Shown one piece after another: positions 1 through 8,497 of a stretch of DNA of 36,829 bases. Each line of letters begins with the position of its first letter. The first letter of the stretch is position 1. The position numbers were made by a program, and so were the translations under genes. The notes below the pieces were generated by a model. That model ran no database searches, was not told the origin of the DNA, and saw only the letters and a program-made list of their open reading frames with translations. Source of the DNA: an uncultured Lachnospiraceae bacterium (lineage in GTDB: Bacteria; Bacillota; Clostridia; Lachnospirales; Lachnospiraceae); the NCBI GenBank assembly GCA_944380155.1, contig CALWGS010000096.1, positions 1-36,829 of the forward strand, given 5' to 3'.

Positions 1-11
1 AGGTGACGGCA

Positions 12-1310
12 ATGGAGAAGGGGAAATTCTATACTTCGGTTCATCTGGATGAATCGCTGTGCAAGGGATGTATTAACTGCATTAAGCGCTGTCCGACGCA
101 GGCAATCCGCGTAAGGGGCGGCAAGGCTGTTATTACGAAGGAGTTCTGCATCGACTGCGGAGAGTGTATCCGGATCTGTCCGCATCATGCCAAGCTTGCC
201 GCGTATGATACTCTTGATGTCATGAAGAATTACAAATATACGGTCGCTCTTCCCGCGCCGTCTCTATACGGACAGTTTAATAATCTCGACGATGTGAATA
301 TTGTACTGACGGCTCTTAAGAAGATGGGCTTCCATGATGTATACGAGGTGAGCGGGGCGGCGGAGCTGGTATCGGAGATTTCGCGCGATTACGTCAGCAG
401 GCATAAGGAGGGATGGCCGTTCATCAGCACGGCCTGTCCGTCCGTGGTACGCCTGATCCGGGTCCGCTTTCCGAATCTGATTGAACATCTGCTCCCCGTG
501 CAGGCGCCGATTGATCTGGCGGCCGGGATTGCGAGAAAGAAGGCGGTGGAGGAGACGGGGCTTAAGCCGGAGGAGATTGGAATTATCTTCATCTCACCCT
601 GTCCTGCCAAAGTAACTGCCGTGAAGACTCCGCTTGGAATCGCGCATTCCGAGGTGGATGCGGTGCTGGCAATTAAGGATGTCTATCCGAAGCTCCTGCC
701 GCTGATGAAGGAAGCCGCGGCGGAACCGGAGAACCTTGCGATCTCCGGCAAGATCGGAATCAGCTGGGGCGGTTCCGGAGGAGAGGCGGGAGGACTGCTC
801 ACGGACAGCTATCTTGCGGCGGACGGAATCGAGAATGTGATCCGGGTTCTGGAGGATCTGGAGGATCAGAAGTTCGCGAAGCTGGAATTCATTGAGCTGA
901 ACGCCTGCTCCGGAGGCTGTGTCGGCGGAGTGCTTACGGTGGAGAACCCGTATGTGGCGAAGGTGAAGCTGAAGCGCCTGCGCAAATATATGCCGGTTGC
1001 CTGCAATCATCTGGCGTCTGTCGGCGAGGTGAACGGATACTGGACGGAGGGCGTTGAATATGTTCCGGTCTTCAAGCTGGGCGAGAACCTGAAGGAGAGC
1101 ATTGTCATGATGAATCAGGTGGATGAGCTCTGCAAGAAGTTCCCGGGGCTGGACTGCGGTTCGTGCGGAGCGCCGTCCTGCCGGGCGCTGGCAGAGGATA
1201 TTGTGCGCGGCGTGGCGAATGAGAGGGACTGCATTCATATTCTGAGAGAATATATCCACAGAATATCGGATGAGATTTCGTTGCTGGATACCGGGAGAAA
1301 GAAGAGTTAG
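12..1310 (+). CDS. Sensor-type [FeFe]-hydrogenase-like Fe-S protein (2x[4Fe-4S] ferredoxin domain, divergent H-cluster domain, C-terminal 4-Cys cluster; M2e/group-D-like)
   Basis: Track ORF 3..1310. The ATG at 12 lies 5 nt after AGGTGA at the window start. Ferredoxin motifs CKGCINCIKRCP and CIDCGECIRICP are present. The H-cluster motifs are present but degenerate: STACPS (canonical TSCCP), SPCPAK (PCxxK kept, Glu lost), ELNACSGGCVGG (Met to Asn). The C-terminal cluster is CGSCGAPSC-x16-C. Confidence 0.8.
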   Translation: MEKGKFYTSVHLDESLCKGCINCIKRCPTQAIRVRGGKAVITKEFCIDCGECIRICPHHAKLAAYDTLDVMKNYKYTVALPAPSLYGQFNNLDDVNIVLTALKKMGFHDVYEVSGAAELVSEISRDYVSRHKEGWPFISTACPSVVRLIRVRFPNLIEHLLPVQAPIDLAAGIARKKAVEETGLKPEEIGIIFISPCPAKVTAVKTPLGIAHSEVDAVLAIKDVYPKLLPLMKEAAAEPENLAISGKIGISWGGSGGEAGGLLTDSYLAADGIENVIRVLEDLEDQKFAKLEFIELNACSGGCVGGVLTVENPYVAKVKLKRLRKYMPVACNHLASVGEVNGYWTEGVEYVPVFKLGENLKESIVMMNQVDELCKKFPGLDCGSCGAPSCRALAEDIVRGVANERDCIHILREYIHRISDEISLLDTGRKKS

Positions 1311-1348
1311 AATACCGGGAGATCATCATTCAGGGAGGTGTAAGGAGT

Positions 1349-1684
1349 TTGACGGTAAAGGAGCTTACAGAGAAAGGAATCTTTCAGCTGGTGAACTTAG
1401 GGGACGATCCGGACCGGGAGATTTCGGCCCCGTATTGCTGCGATCTGCTGAGCGTGGCGATGGGCAGGGCGCCCGCGGGATCGGCTTGGGTCACGGTGAT
1501 GGCGAATGTGAATTCGCTCGCGGTTGCGTCTCTGACGGACGCGGCCTGCATTATACTTGCGGAGGGAGCCGCGTTCGACGATATGGGGAAAGCGAAGGCT
1601 GCGCAGCAGGGGATTACGGTGCTGGCCACGGATCAGCCCGTCTTTGAAGCCGCGCTTGCGGTATACCGGGAGATGAATGCCTAG
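1349..1684 (+). CDS. DRTGG domain-containing protein
   Basis: 111-aa ORF with a TTG start 8 nt after GGGAGGTG. The sequence resembles the small stand-alone DRTGG-domain proteins as I recall them. It overlaps the next gene by 8 nt (ATGCCTAG). Confidence 0.75.
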   Translation: MTVKELTEKGIFQLVNLGDDPDREISAPYCCDLLSVAMGRAPAGSAWVTVMANVNSLAVASLTDAACIILAEGAAFDDMGKAKAAQQGITVLATDQPVFEAALAVYREMNA

Positions 1685-2399
1685 CCTGACCTATGACCTG
1701 CATATCCATTCCTGCCTGTCCCCGTGCGGGGATTCGGATATGACGCCGGCCAATATTGCCGGAATGGCCGCGGTGAAGGGGCTTGATGTGATCGCCCTGA
1801 CGGATCATAACAGCTGTCGTAACTGCGCCGCGGCGATGGCCGTGGGAGAGGAGTACGGCGTTATGGTTATTCCGGGGATGGAGCTGACGACACAGGAGGA
1901 GGTTCATGTTGTCTGCCTGTTCCCGGATCTGAAGTCGGCACTGGATTTTGATGCCATGGTCTATCACAGGCTTCAGAAGGTGGAGAATCATCCGAAGATA
2001 TTTGGAGAGCAGCTGTTGTATAACGAACAGGATCGGATCATCGGAACCGAGCCGTACCTGCTGATTAACGCGACGGACATCATGTTCGACGAGGTCTGGG
2101 ATCGGACAAAAGAGTACGGGGGAGTGATGATTCCTGCCCATATCGATAAAAATGCGAACAGTCTGATTGCGAATCTTGGGTTCATTCCGCCGGATTCCAG
2201 GTTTACCTGCGCGGAGCTGAAGAACCTGTCGAATCTTCACCGGCTCCGCAGGGAGCACCCGTATCTGAACGGATGCGGGATTATTACGAATTCGGATGCC
2301 CATTATCTGGAACAGATTCAGGAGCCGGTCCATACGCTGTATGTGCAGGAACGGAGCATCCGGTCCGTTCTGACCATGCTGTCGGATGGACATTTTTAA
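1677..2399 (+). CDS. PHP domain-containing metal-dependent phosphoesterase
   Basis: 240 aa. The N-terminal LHIHSCLSPCGD and ALTDHNS His/Asp motifs are typical of the PHP fold. It is translationally coupled to the DRTGG gene. Confidence 0.85.
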   Translation: MPSLTYDLHIHSCLSPCGDSDMTPANIAGMAAVKGLDVIALTDHNSCRNCAAAMAVGEEYGVMVIPGMELTTQEEVHVVCLFPDLKSALDFDAMVYHRLQKVENHPKIFGEQLLYNEQDRIIGTEPYLLINATDIMFDEVWDRTKEYGGVMIPAHIDKNANSLIANLGFIPPDSRFTCAELKNLSNLHRLRREHPYLNGCGIITNSDAHYLEQIQEPVHTLYVQERSIRSVLTMLSDGHF

Positions 2400-2438
2400 A
2401 TCCATTCTTCGGAATAACCGCAAATGATCCGATTGTCC

Positions 2439-2466
2439 TTGAAATCAGTCAGATTTTGAGTATAAT
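2439..2466 (+). promoter_or_regulatory. Putative sigma-A promoter (TTGAAA-16-TATAAT) for the 72-aa ORF
   Basis: TTGAAA at 2439-2444 and TATAAT at 2461-2466, in the intergenic region after the PHP gene. Confidence 0.4.
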
Positions 2467-2543
2467 CAGGATATAAGAATGTAACATATGACGGCTGTGG
2501 GCGTATAAACGGGGCGCCGGGCTGTAGGAATGGAGACGGACGT

Positions 2544-2762
2544 ATGTATGTAATTAAAGTGGATATTTTGGGGGGCACTCTGTTTTTTACCGGCAAGAAG
2601 CAGATCATTCAGGGCGGGGAGCAGCCCGGACTGACGCAGGATATCAATCAGGCAAGAATCTTCGGAGATCCCCAGAAGGCCCGCGCGTTCTGCAGAATGC
2701 TGATTGATCGTTATGATATGGATTTTTATTATTCCGAGCTGCCCGGAAATGCGCGGGTATAA
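2544..2762 (+). CDS. Hypothetical small protein (72 aa)
   Basis: ATG follows a GGAG with about 8 nt spacing. It has its own promoter-like element. I recognise no family. Confidence 0.5.
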   Translation: MYVIKVDILGGTLFFTGKKQIIQGGEQPGLTQDINQARIFGDPQKARAFCRMLIDRYDMDFYYSELPGNARV

Positions 2763-2810
2763 CGGTCATCCTGAGAGGGGCGGCGGGCGGATAGCGGAAC
2801 GGAGGGCATC

Positions 2811-3173
2811 ATGAAGCTTTTGAAGCAATTAAGTATTATTCTTGGGATTTGTCTGGTAGGAGAAGGGATTGCGCAGATTCTTCCGATTTCTTTTCCCTCA
2901 AGTGTGATCAGCATGTTTCTGCTGCTTGTGCTGCTGATCGCCGGAATCCTTAAGATGGAGCATATCAAAGAGGTGTCGGAATACCTGATTCAGAATATGG
3001 CGTTCTTCTTTATTCCGGCGGGGGTGGCTATTGTGGAACAATACGAGCTGGTACAGGGGAAGATTCTCATTCTTCTGCTGGTCAGCTTCCTGACTCTGAT
3101 CCTGACCTTCCTGGCGGCTGCCTACACGGTGAAGGGCGTGATCTGGCTGCAGGAGAGGAGGAAGGACAAATGA
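2811..3173 (+). CDS. lrgA: CidA/LrgA family holin-like membrane protein
   Basis: 120 aa with four hydrophobic segments and a basic C-terminal tail (ERRKDK). GGAGGG RBS. ATGA overlap with the following LrgB gene. Confidence 0.85.
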   Translation: MKLLKQLSIILGICLVGEGIAQILPISFPSSVISMFLLLVLLIAGILKMEHIKEVSEYLIQNMAFFFIPAGVAIVEQYELVQGKILILLLVSFLTLILTFLAAAYTVKGVIWLQERRKDK

Positions 3174-3850
3174 GCGAGCTGTTGTACAGTCCGCTGTTTG
3201 GACTGGTGCTAAGCCTTCTGACCTTCCTGTTTGCGAAGTGGATTGGCTCCAGGCTGAAGCTTTCGGTGTTGAATCCGCTGCTGCTTGCGATTGTGTTCTG
3301 TATTGTAATTTTGCAGCTGTTCGGGATTCCTCTTGAGGCATATGAAGAGGGAGGAGATATGATTTCCGTGTTCTTAGGGCCCGCGACGGCGGTTCTGGCG
3401 TATTCTATATACCGGCAGTTCGCTCTGCTGAAGAAGTATTTCATTCCCGTTCTGTGCGGCTGTCTTGCGGGCAGCATCACCTCTATGGCGAGCGCATGGC
3501 TTCTGAGCGAGCTGTTCGGGCTGGAGGAGGATCTCCAAGCGTCCATGATCCCCAAGTCCGTGACGACGCCGATTGCGATCGGAATCAGCGAGCAGTTAGG
3601 AGGGATTCCTTCTGTAACGGTTGCTGTCGTTATTGTGACAGGGATTATGGGCTCTATTGTGTGTCCATATCTGATGAAGATCTTCCGAATTCAGAACCGA
3701 ATTGCCGCAGGGATCGCAATCGGAACCTGCAGCCACGCGGTCGGTACGACCAAGGCGGTGGAGATCGGAGAGGTGGAAGGCGCCATGAGCGGGATCGCGA
3801 TTGGGGTCTCGGGGATTCTGACGGTGGTGTTGTCGTTGTTTCTGGTATAG
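3170..3850 (+). CDS. lrgB: LrgB family membrane protein
   Basis: 226-aa polytopic protein with LrgB-like segments (KSVTTPIAIGISEQLGG, CSHAVGTTKA). Paired with lrgA. Confidence 0.85.
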   Translation: MSELLYSPLFGLVLSLLTFLFAKWIGSRLKLSVLNPLLLAIVFCIVILQLFGIPLEAYEEGGDMISVFLGPATAVLAYSIYRQFALLKKYFIPVLCGCLAGSITSMASAWLLSELFGLEEDLQASMIPKSVTTPIAIGISEQLGGIPSVTVAVVIVTGIMGSIVCPYLMKIFRIQNRIAAGIAIGTCSHAVGTTKAVEIGEVEGAMSGIAIGVSGILTVVLSLFLV

Positions 3851-3866
3851 ACGATATCAATAATAC

Positions 3867-3912
3867 GGCCCGGGGCCGCATCGGAAGGACGGATGCGGCT
3901 CCGGGCTGTTTT
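3867..3912 (+). terminator. Rho-independent terminator after lrgB
   Basis: 15-bp GC-rich stem (GCCCGGGGCCGCATC / GATGCGGCTCCGGGC) followed by TGTTTTG. It lies between convergent genes. Confidence 0.6.
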
Positions 3913-3934
3913 GTCGGCTGGATCCTGTGAAGTC

Positions 3935-5197
3935 TTATTCAAATCGTTCAAACTGCAGATCCAGCTTCTTCAGGAATTCCTCCGGAATATCCCTTCCGAT
4001 CGGAAATTCCTCTGACTCCGACAGAGCCTCTGCAATAGTGCCAAGCAGAACAGCGCTGCGCTTCAGGGACCAGGGAGAGATCAGGTCAATGGTGTCGTGT
4101 TCCGTGTGCATTCCGAAGCCGTCGCGGTTCAGGGTTATGGCAGGGATCCCCATCCAGGCGAAGGTGTTGGTTGCGCTGATCCAGACATTGTGCCGGACGG
4201 ACATGCCGATTCCGGACTTCGCCCCGAGCTCTTCGAGCAGCGCGCAGGCAGAGGCGGGAGTGGTTGCGCCGATGACATTGCCCCCGATGGCCTGTCCGGC
4301 CAGATCAATGTTCATATTGAAGCGGTGGCGGGAGAGTTCGTCCTCGTGCGCCTTCACATAGGCCGCGCTTCCGAGCATTCCCTTCTCCTCCCCGCCGAAC
4401 CAGATGAATTCCATGGTGCGGCGCGGCGGATTGGCCTGAAAATAGCGGCAGAGCTCCATGACAATCGCGCAGCCCGCCATATTGTCATACGCGCCAGGGC
4501 CGGCCGGGACCGAATCGTAGTGAGCCGTGACCGTCAGGATCTCATCCTTCTTATCCCTTCCCTCAATCCGGACTGCGACATTCCCGGAGGTATGTACGTC
4601 ATGGCTCTGCAGCACCGTCAGCCGGGCGCGGGAGGCGCCCTGTGCAATCAATTCGACGGCATCCAGATAGTGGATGGAGGCTCCCGGCATGCAGGGAGTC
4701 TCGGGCCGGTTCGGCAGGCAGACGGGGGCCGGGATCCGCTTCTCTCCGGCATCAAGCGGAGTGCCGCCGACACAGAGGAATCCAAGAGCGCCCGAGCTGC
4801 GAAGGCGCTGGTACTGCGGCCCGCGCACGGGGCCGTTCAGCATGATAATCTTGCCCTGTGCCTCGCGCAGGCTGATAGCATCCGCGTTCTCCACATAGAG
4901 AAAATCTGCCTCGATTCCCTCCTCGGGCGTGTTCTCACAGAAGCCGCATCCCGTGGCGGCATATTCCTTCTGATAGGGGGCTGTGACGGTGAAAGAGGCG
5001 GTCTGTATCACGGGAACGGGGAAGGTAAAGGGCTCCAGCCGGCCCTGCAGGCCCATGGCCGCAAGCTCCTGGCAGATGGTATCTGCCGCTCTGTGTTCCG
5101 CGTCCGTTCCGGCCTCGCGGATATAATTGAATTTTGCGACAAAGTCATATTGCCGCTGTCCGCTGATTTGATCCTGTATGGTAGGTAAGTTATTCAT
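3935..5197 (-). CDS. M28 family metallopeptidase (aminopeptidase with PA-like insert)
   Basis: 420 aa. Contains TAHYDSV, AYDNMAGCA, FGGEEKGMLGS and a C-terminal HTEHD, matching the M28 metal-ligand pattern. Confidence 0.8.
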   Translation of the reverse strand: MNNLPTIQDQISGQRQYDFVAKFNYIREAGTDAEHRAADTICQELAAMGLQGRLEPFTFPVPVIQTASFTVTAPYQKEYAATGCGFCENTPEEGIEADFLYVENADAISLREAQGKIIMLNGPVRGPQYQRLRSSGALGFLCVGGTPLDAGEKRIPAPVCLPNRPETPCMPGASIHYLDAVELIAQGASRARLTVLQSHDVHTSGNVAVRIEGRDKKDEILTVTAHYDSVPAGPGAYDNMAGCAIVMELCRYFQANPPRRTMEFIWFGGEEKGMLGSAAYVKAHEDELSRHRFNMNIDLAGQAIGGNVIGATTPASACALLEELGAKSGIGMSVRHNVWISATNTFAWMGIPAITLNRDGFGMHTEHDTIDLISPWSLKRSAVLLGTIAEALSESEEFPIGRDIPEEFLKKLDLQFERFE

Positions 5198-5268
5198 CGT
5201 ATTCCTTTCGCCATCCTCATATTTGGGATGGGTTTTCTCCTTTTTATAGAATTTGGCGAATCCAGTCC

Positions 5269-5297
5269 ATTATAGCGCGTCAATCTGGGATTTGCAA
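5269..5297 (-). promoter_or_regulatory. Putative sigma-A promoter (TTGCAA-17-TATAAT) for the M28 peptidase gene
   Basis: Reverse complement of 5269..5297 reads TTGCAA-N17-TATAAT, about 70 nt upstream of the ATG. Confidence 0.45.
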
Positions 5298-5435
5298 TAA
5301 GATCTTTGCAGTTTTTCTTCGGGAGATTTGGCTTCGATACAAGACAGGAAAGGCTGCTTTATGGGAAGAAAATATGGCAAATCTTACAGAGAAACTTGCA
5401 TATCCTGCGCAGCTTGGCGAAAGAATTGAATTCGC

Positions 5436-5464
5436 GGGTCATGGCGGCTATACTGGATTTATCA
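5436..5464 (+). promoter_or_regulatory. Putative sigma-A promoter (TTGAAT-17-TATACT)
   Basis: TTGAAT at 5436-5441 and TATACT at 5459-5464, upstream of the 5511 ORF. Confidence 0.4.
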
Positions 5465-5510
5465 GCCGATACGGGCAGAACAGGTTAGATGCGCGAGGGG
5501 GACGCGCGGA

Positions 5511-6314
5511 ATGGAGGATTGCATGGACAACAGACTGACGATTCTGATTAGAAATCAGAGCGGAGAGATCCTGGCAGAGCACTCGGGAGTGAATGCCCTG
5601 ACTCTGGTATATCCCGCCGCCTACAAGGAGGGGGATGAGATTGTTGTAAGAACGGAGCAGACCAAAGTTCGGGTCTATCTGCGGATCGATGACGCGATCA
5701 ATGAGGCATTTTGCTATTTGACGGAGCCGGAATACGTCTTCCGGATTCCGTTCGGGGAGAAGAGAACCTCTTATTCACCCAGGGCCTTTGCCGGCGAGAC
5801 GCATCTGCTGGGAGTGCGCATGATGCGGGAGGAGGAGAGGGACGCGTACCGCAACCTCGCCAGGAATGAGGCGGATCAGCATGAGAATTGCGGCTGCTAT
5901 CCGCATGCCTGCGCGAATGTTGAGACGCGGGGAGAGGCCGTATTTGCGGCGCGAAATGCAATCGACGGCATTTCGGAGAATCATTCCCATGGGCCTTGGC
6001 CGTATTCGTCCTGGGGAATCAACCGAAGGGACGATGCGATGATTCGGATTGAATTCGGCAGATCCGTACAGATCGATCGCATTGTGCTGTACACCAGAGC
6101 AGACTTCCCGCATGATAATTACTGGACATCGGGAACCTTCCGGTTCTCGGACGGCAGCAGCCTTGTGATGCCGCTTCAGAAGACGGATCAGCCCCAGGAA
6201 ATTGTATTTCCCGTCAAGAACATCGAATGGCTGACGCTCGATGAGCTGATCAAAGGGGATGATCCGTCGCCCTTCCCGGCTCTGACACAGATTGAGGTCT
6301 GGGGCAGGGGCTAG
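5511..6314 (+). CDS. Hypothetical protein with C-terminal galactose-binding-like (F5/8 type C / DUF7402-like) domain
   Basis: 267 aa. The C-terminal half (NAIDG...WPYSSWG...IRIEFG...IDRIVLYTR...ALTQIEVWG) resembles discoidin-like carbohydrate-binding modules. An alternative start at ATG 5523 has a better RBS (GGAGG, 5 nt spacing). Confidence 0.55.
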   Translation: MEDCMDNRLTILIRNQSGEILAEHSGVNALTLVYPAAYKEGDEIVVRTEQTKVRVYLRIDDAINEAFCYLTEPEYVFRIPFGEKRTSYSPRAFAGETHLLGVRMMREEERDAYRNLARNEADQHENCGCYPHACANVETRGEAVFAARNAIDGISENHSHGPWPYSSWGINRRDDAMIRIEFGRSVQIDRIVLYTRADFPHDNYWTSGTFRFSDGSSLVMPLQKTDQPQEIVFPVKNIEWLTLDELIKGDDPSPFPALTQIEVWGRG

Positions 6315-6832
6315 GCGGTCTGACCAAGAGACTTCAGCAGAATATGCCGCTCAAGCCCGCCGTATTTGAGCGTGGTTTTCGCAATCCGGTAGCCGCAGGA
6401 GAGCATATTGCGGAGGCTGTAGAAGTTCTTCGGGGAAACGGTCGCGAGGGCGTACCGGTAGCCGCGGGTTGCCAAGATTGCCTCAGCGGAGGAGATCAGT
6501 CTCCTCTGCAGGCGGTTTCCCTGGTATTCCGGCAGGACGGCAGCGGACTCCATGTGCGCGGCAAGCGGGAGTTCCTGCCTGGAGAATCCGAGATCGTATC
6601 CAAGATTGTCACGCTCTTCGCCGGGAATCCGTACAATCAGAAAGCCGGCGGGGAGAGCGCCGTACAGGGCAATCAACGTGAAACCGCAGTCCTGAATATG
6701 GCGGCTGATGAACTCGGGGGTATCCGGAACATACAGCTCGGGCTCCTTCATGGAGCTGCGGGCTGTATTCATGATGGTGTAGATGGAACCGACATCCGAC
6801 GGTTCCGCGAGTCGAATGGTAAAATTGCGCAT
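6311..6832 (-). CDS. GNAT family N-acetyltransferase
   Basis: 173 aa. Acetyl-CoA-binding-type segment LPEYQGNRLQRRLISSAE (Q/RxxGxG/A-like). AAAGGAGG RBS. Confidence 0.8.
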   Translation of the reverse strand: MRNFTIRLAEPSDVGSIYTIMNTARSSMKEPELYVPDTPEFISRHIQDCGFTLIALYGALPAGFLIVRIPGEERDNLGYDLGFSRQELPLAAHMESAAVLPEYQGNRLQRRLISSAEAILATRGYRYALATVSPKNFYSLRNMLSCGYRIAKTTLKYGGLERHILLKSLGQTA

Positions 6833-6960
6833 AGGAGCCTCCTTTCCATGACGGCAGCGTTCAGTGCATGAAATCCGTCATTTACTGAAAACCTAAGACA
6901 ACGGGCGGATTTTGTGGTATAATACACGCCATCAAGTCTTTTACTATCCATATCCATAGA

Positions 6961-7005
6961 GAAAAGCCATGCAGCCTTCATCCCGGGCTGCATGGCTTTT
7001 CTCAA
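6961..7005. terminator. Bidirectional rho-independent terminator (ends the hydrogenase operon on the minus strand)
   Basis: Perfect 16-bp stem GAAAAGCCATGCAGCC / GGCTGCATGGCTTTTC with a 9-nt loop. There is a U-run in both orientations. Confidence 0.65.
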
Positions 7006-7018
7006 TAAGGCATCTGAT

Positions 7019-8479
7019 TTACTTCCTGTGCATCTCAACCGGATACTCTTCGTAAGACTTCAGATTCTCGTAAATCTCCCGCTTATCGGCTGTGGCAATC
7101 TGCTTGGCTCGATTCTGCTGTGCCGGACGTCCGGTCAGTACGCTGCCCGGTCCGTTCACGCAGCCGCCCACGCAGGCCATACCTTCGATGAAGTCGGCAG
7201 GGAGCTTGTTGACCTTCAGCATCATCAGCGCCTTCTTGCACTCTGCGGCGCCGTTGCAGCCCATGACGTTGATCTTCTTCGTGTCGATTCCCTTCTCCTC
7301 CATTGCCTGAATCACAGAGGCTGTAACGCCGCCCGCAACGGCGAAGTTCTTGCCGTACACGCTGCCCTGCTGCATATGGCCGCCGAACGAAGAGAGATTG
7401 ATTTCCTTGGCACGGAACATCGCGTTGAGCTCATCAAAGGTCAAGGCGTAATCCGCGGTGCCCTGGGTGATATTGTCCAGGACCTCGCCCTTCTTGGCGA
7501 TGCACGGTCCGATGAATACAGTAATCGCGCCCGGATGCATAGCCCGGACAAGCTTGGCCGTCGCCGCCATCGGGGATACGGTGGTGGACATATTGTCAAG
7601 CAGAGTCGGGAAATGCTTCTTAATCATGTTGACAAATGCCGGACAGCACGAGGTGGTCATCTTCTTGCCCTCCTGGTATGCTTCCGCCCATTCCTGGGAC
7701 TCTGAGGCAGATACCAGGTCTGCGCCTAAGGACACCTCATACATTCCGGTGAAGCCGATCTGCTTGATCGCGTCGGCCAGAATGCCGATGGAAACCTGAG
7801 GACCGAACTGACCTTCGATTGCGGGTGCAACCATGGCGTAGACTTCGGCGCCGCCGCGGAGCAGGTTGATCACATCCACCATGAAGGAACGATCGGAAAT
7901 CGCACCGAACGGGCAGTCCTTGATGCAGGATCCGCAGTTAATGCAGCGCTCTTCATCGATGACAACAATGCCGTTCTCGTCCATGGAGATCGCGTCAACC
8001 GGGCAGCTGCGCTTGCAGGGGCGCATCAGATCCGCGATTGCATTGTAAGGGCAGGCCTGAGAGCACTTGCCGCATTCCTTACACTTGGACGGATCGATAT
8101 AGGCGCGATCGCGCAGCATGGAGATGGCCTGGAAATTACAGGCCTGCTGGCACTTCTTGCCCATACACTTCTGGCAGTTGTCCGTTACGACGAAACGGGT
8201 AATCGGACAGCCCTCACAGGCGGAGTTAATCACCTGCACAATGTTCCTGTTGTGCTGGTGATTAGCGGACGGGGGCATACCCTTTGCAAGGCGGATTCTC
8301 TGGCGGATAATCTCGCGCTCCTTATAGATGCAGCAGCGGAAATTCGCCTGAGGTCCGGGAATCAGTTCATAGGGGATCTGATCCTCCTTCTGAGCAAGCT
8401 CGCCGCAGAAGGCAAGCTTAGCTACTTCAAATAACACTTCATGTTTAATTGTATTGATATCGGAACTACCCTGTAACAT
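7019..8479 (-). CDS. hydA: Catalytic-type monomeric [FeFe]-hydrogenase (group B-like)
   Basis: 486 aa. All three H-cluster motifs are intact: TTSCCPAF, GPCIAKKGE, EGMACVGGCVNGPG. Several CxxCxxCxxxCP ferredoxin motifs. AAGGAGG RBS. Confidence 0.9.
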   Translation of the reverse strand: MLQGSSDINTIKHEVLFEVAKLAFCGELAQKEDQIPYELIPGPQANFRCCIYKEREIIRQRIRLAKGMPPSANHQHNRNIVQVINSACEGCPITRFVVTDNCQKCMGKKCQQACNFQAISMLRDRAYIDPSKCKECGKCSQACPYNAIADLMRPCKRSCPVDAISMDENGIVVIDEERCINCGSCIKDCPFGAISDRSFMVDVINLLRGGAEVYAMVAPAIEGQFGPQVSIGILADAIKQIGFTGMYEVSLGADLVSASESQEWAEAYQEGKKMTTSCCPAFVNMIKKHFPTLLDNMSTTVSPMAATAKLVRAMHPGAITVFIGPCIAKKGEVLDNITQGTADYALTFDELNAMFRAKEINLSSFGGHMQQGSVYGKNFAVAGGVTASVIQAMEEKGIDTKKINVMGCNGAAECKKALMMLKVNKLPADFIEGMACVGGCVNGPGSVLTGRPAQQNRAKQIATADKREIYENLKSYEEYPVEMHRK

Positions 8480-8497
8480 ATGTATGTCCTCCTTCTG

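Noticed and set aside
594-1259. 221-aa minus-strand ORF (plus the smaller ORFs at 264-610, 1105-1329, 1270-1647 and 1614-2423) overlapping the first three genes
   Set aside because: They are antisense or out of frame relative to genes with clear Fe-S, DRTGG and PHP motifs. Their translations are R/H/L/P-rich low-complexity, typical of the non-coding frames of GC-rich genes. None has an RBS.
4097-5188. 363-aa plus-strand ORF covering almost the whole M28 peptidase gene
   Set aside because: The opposite strand encodes recognisable M28 metal-ligand motifs. This frame is Gly/Arg/Ala-rich with no motifs and no RBS. It is an open antisense frame caused by codon bias.
5198-5245. 8-codon upstream ORF (MRMAKGIR) whose TGA overlaps the ATG of the M28 peptidase gene
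   Set aside because: The only strong SD (AAAGGAG) lies 16 nt from its ATG, which is too far. The arrangement is most simply explained by chance in a purine-rich leader.
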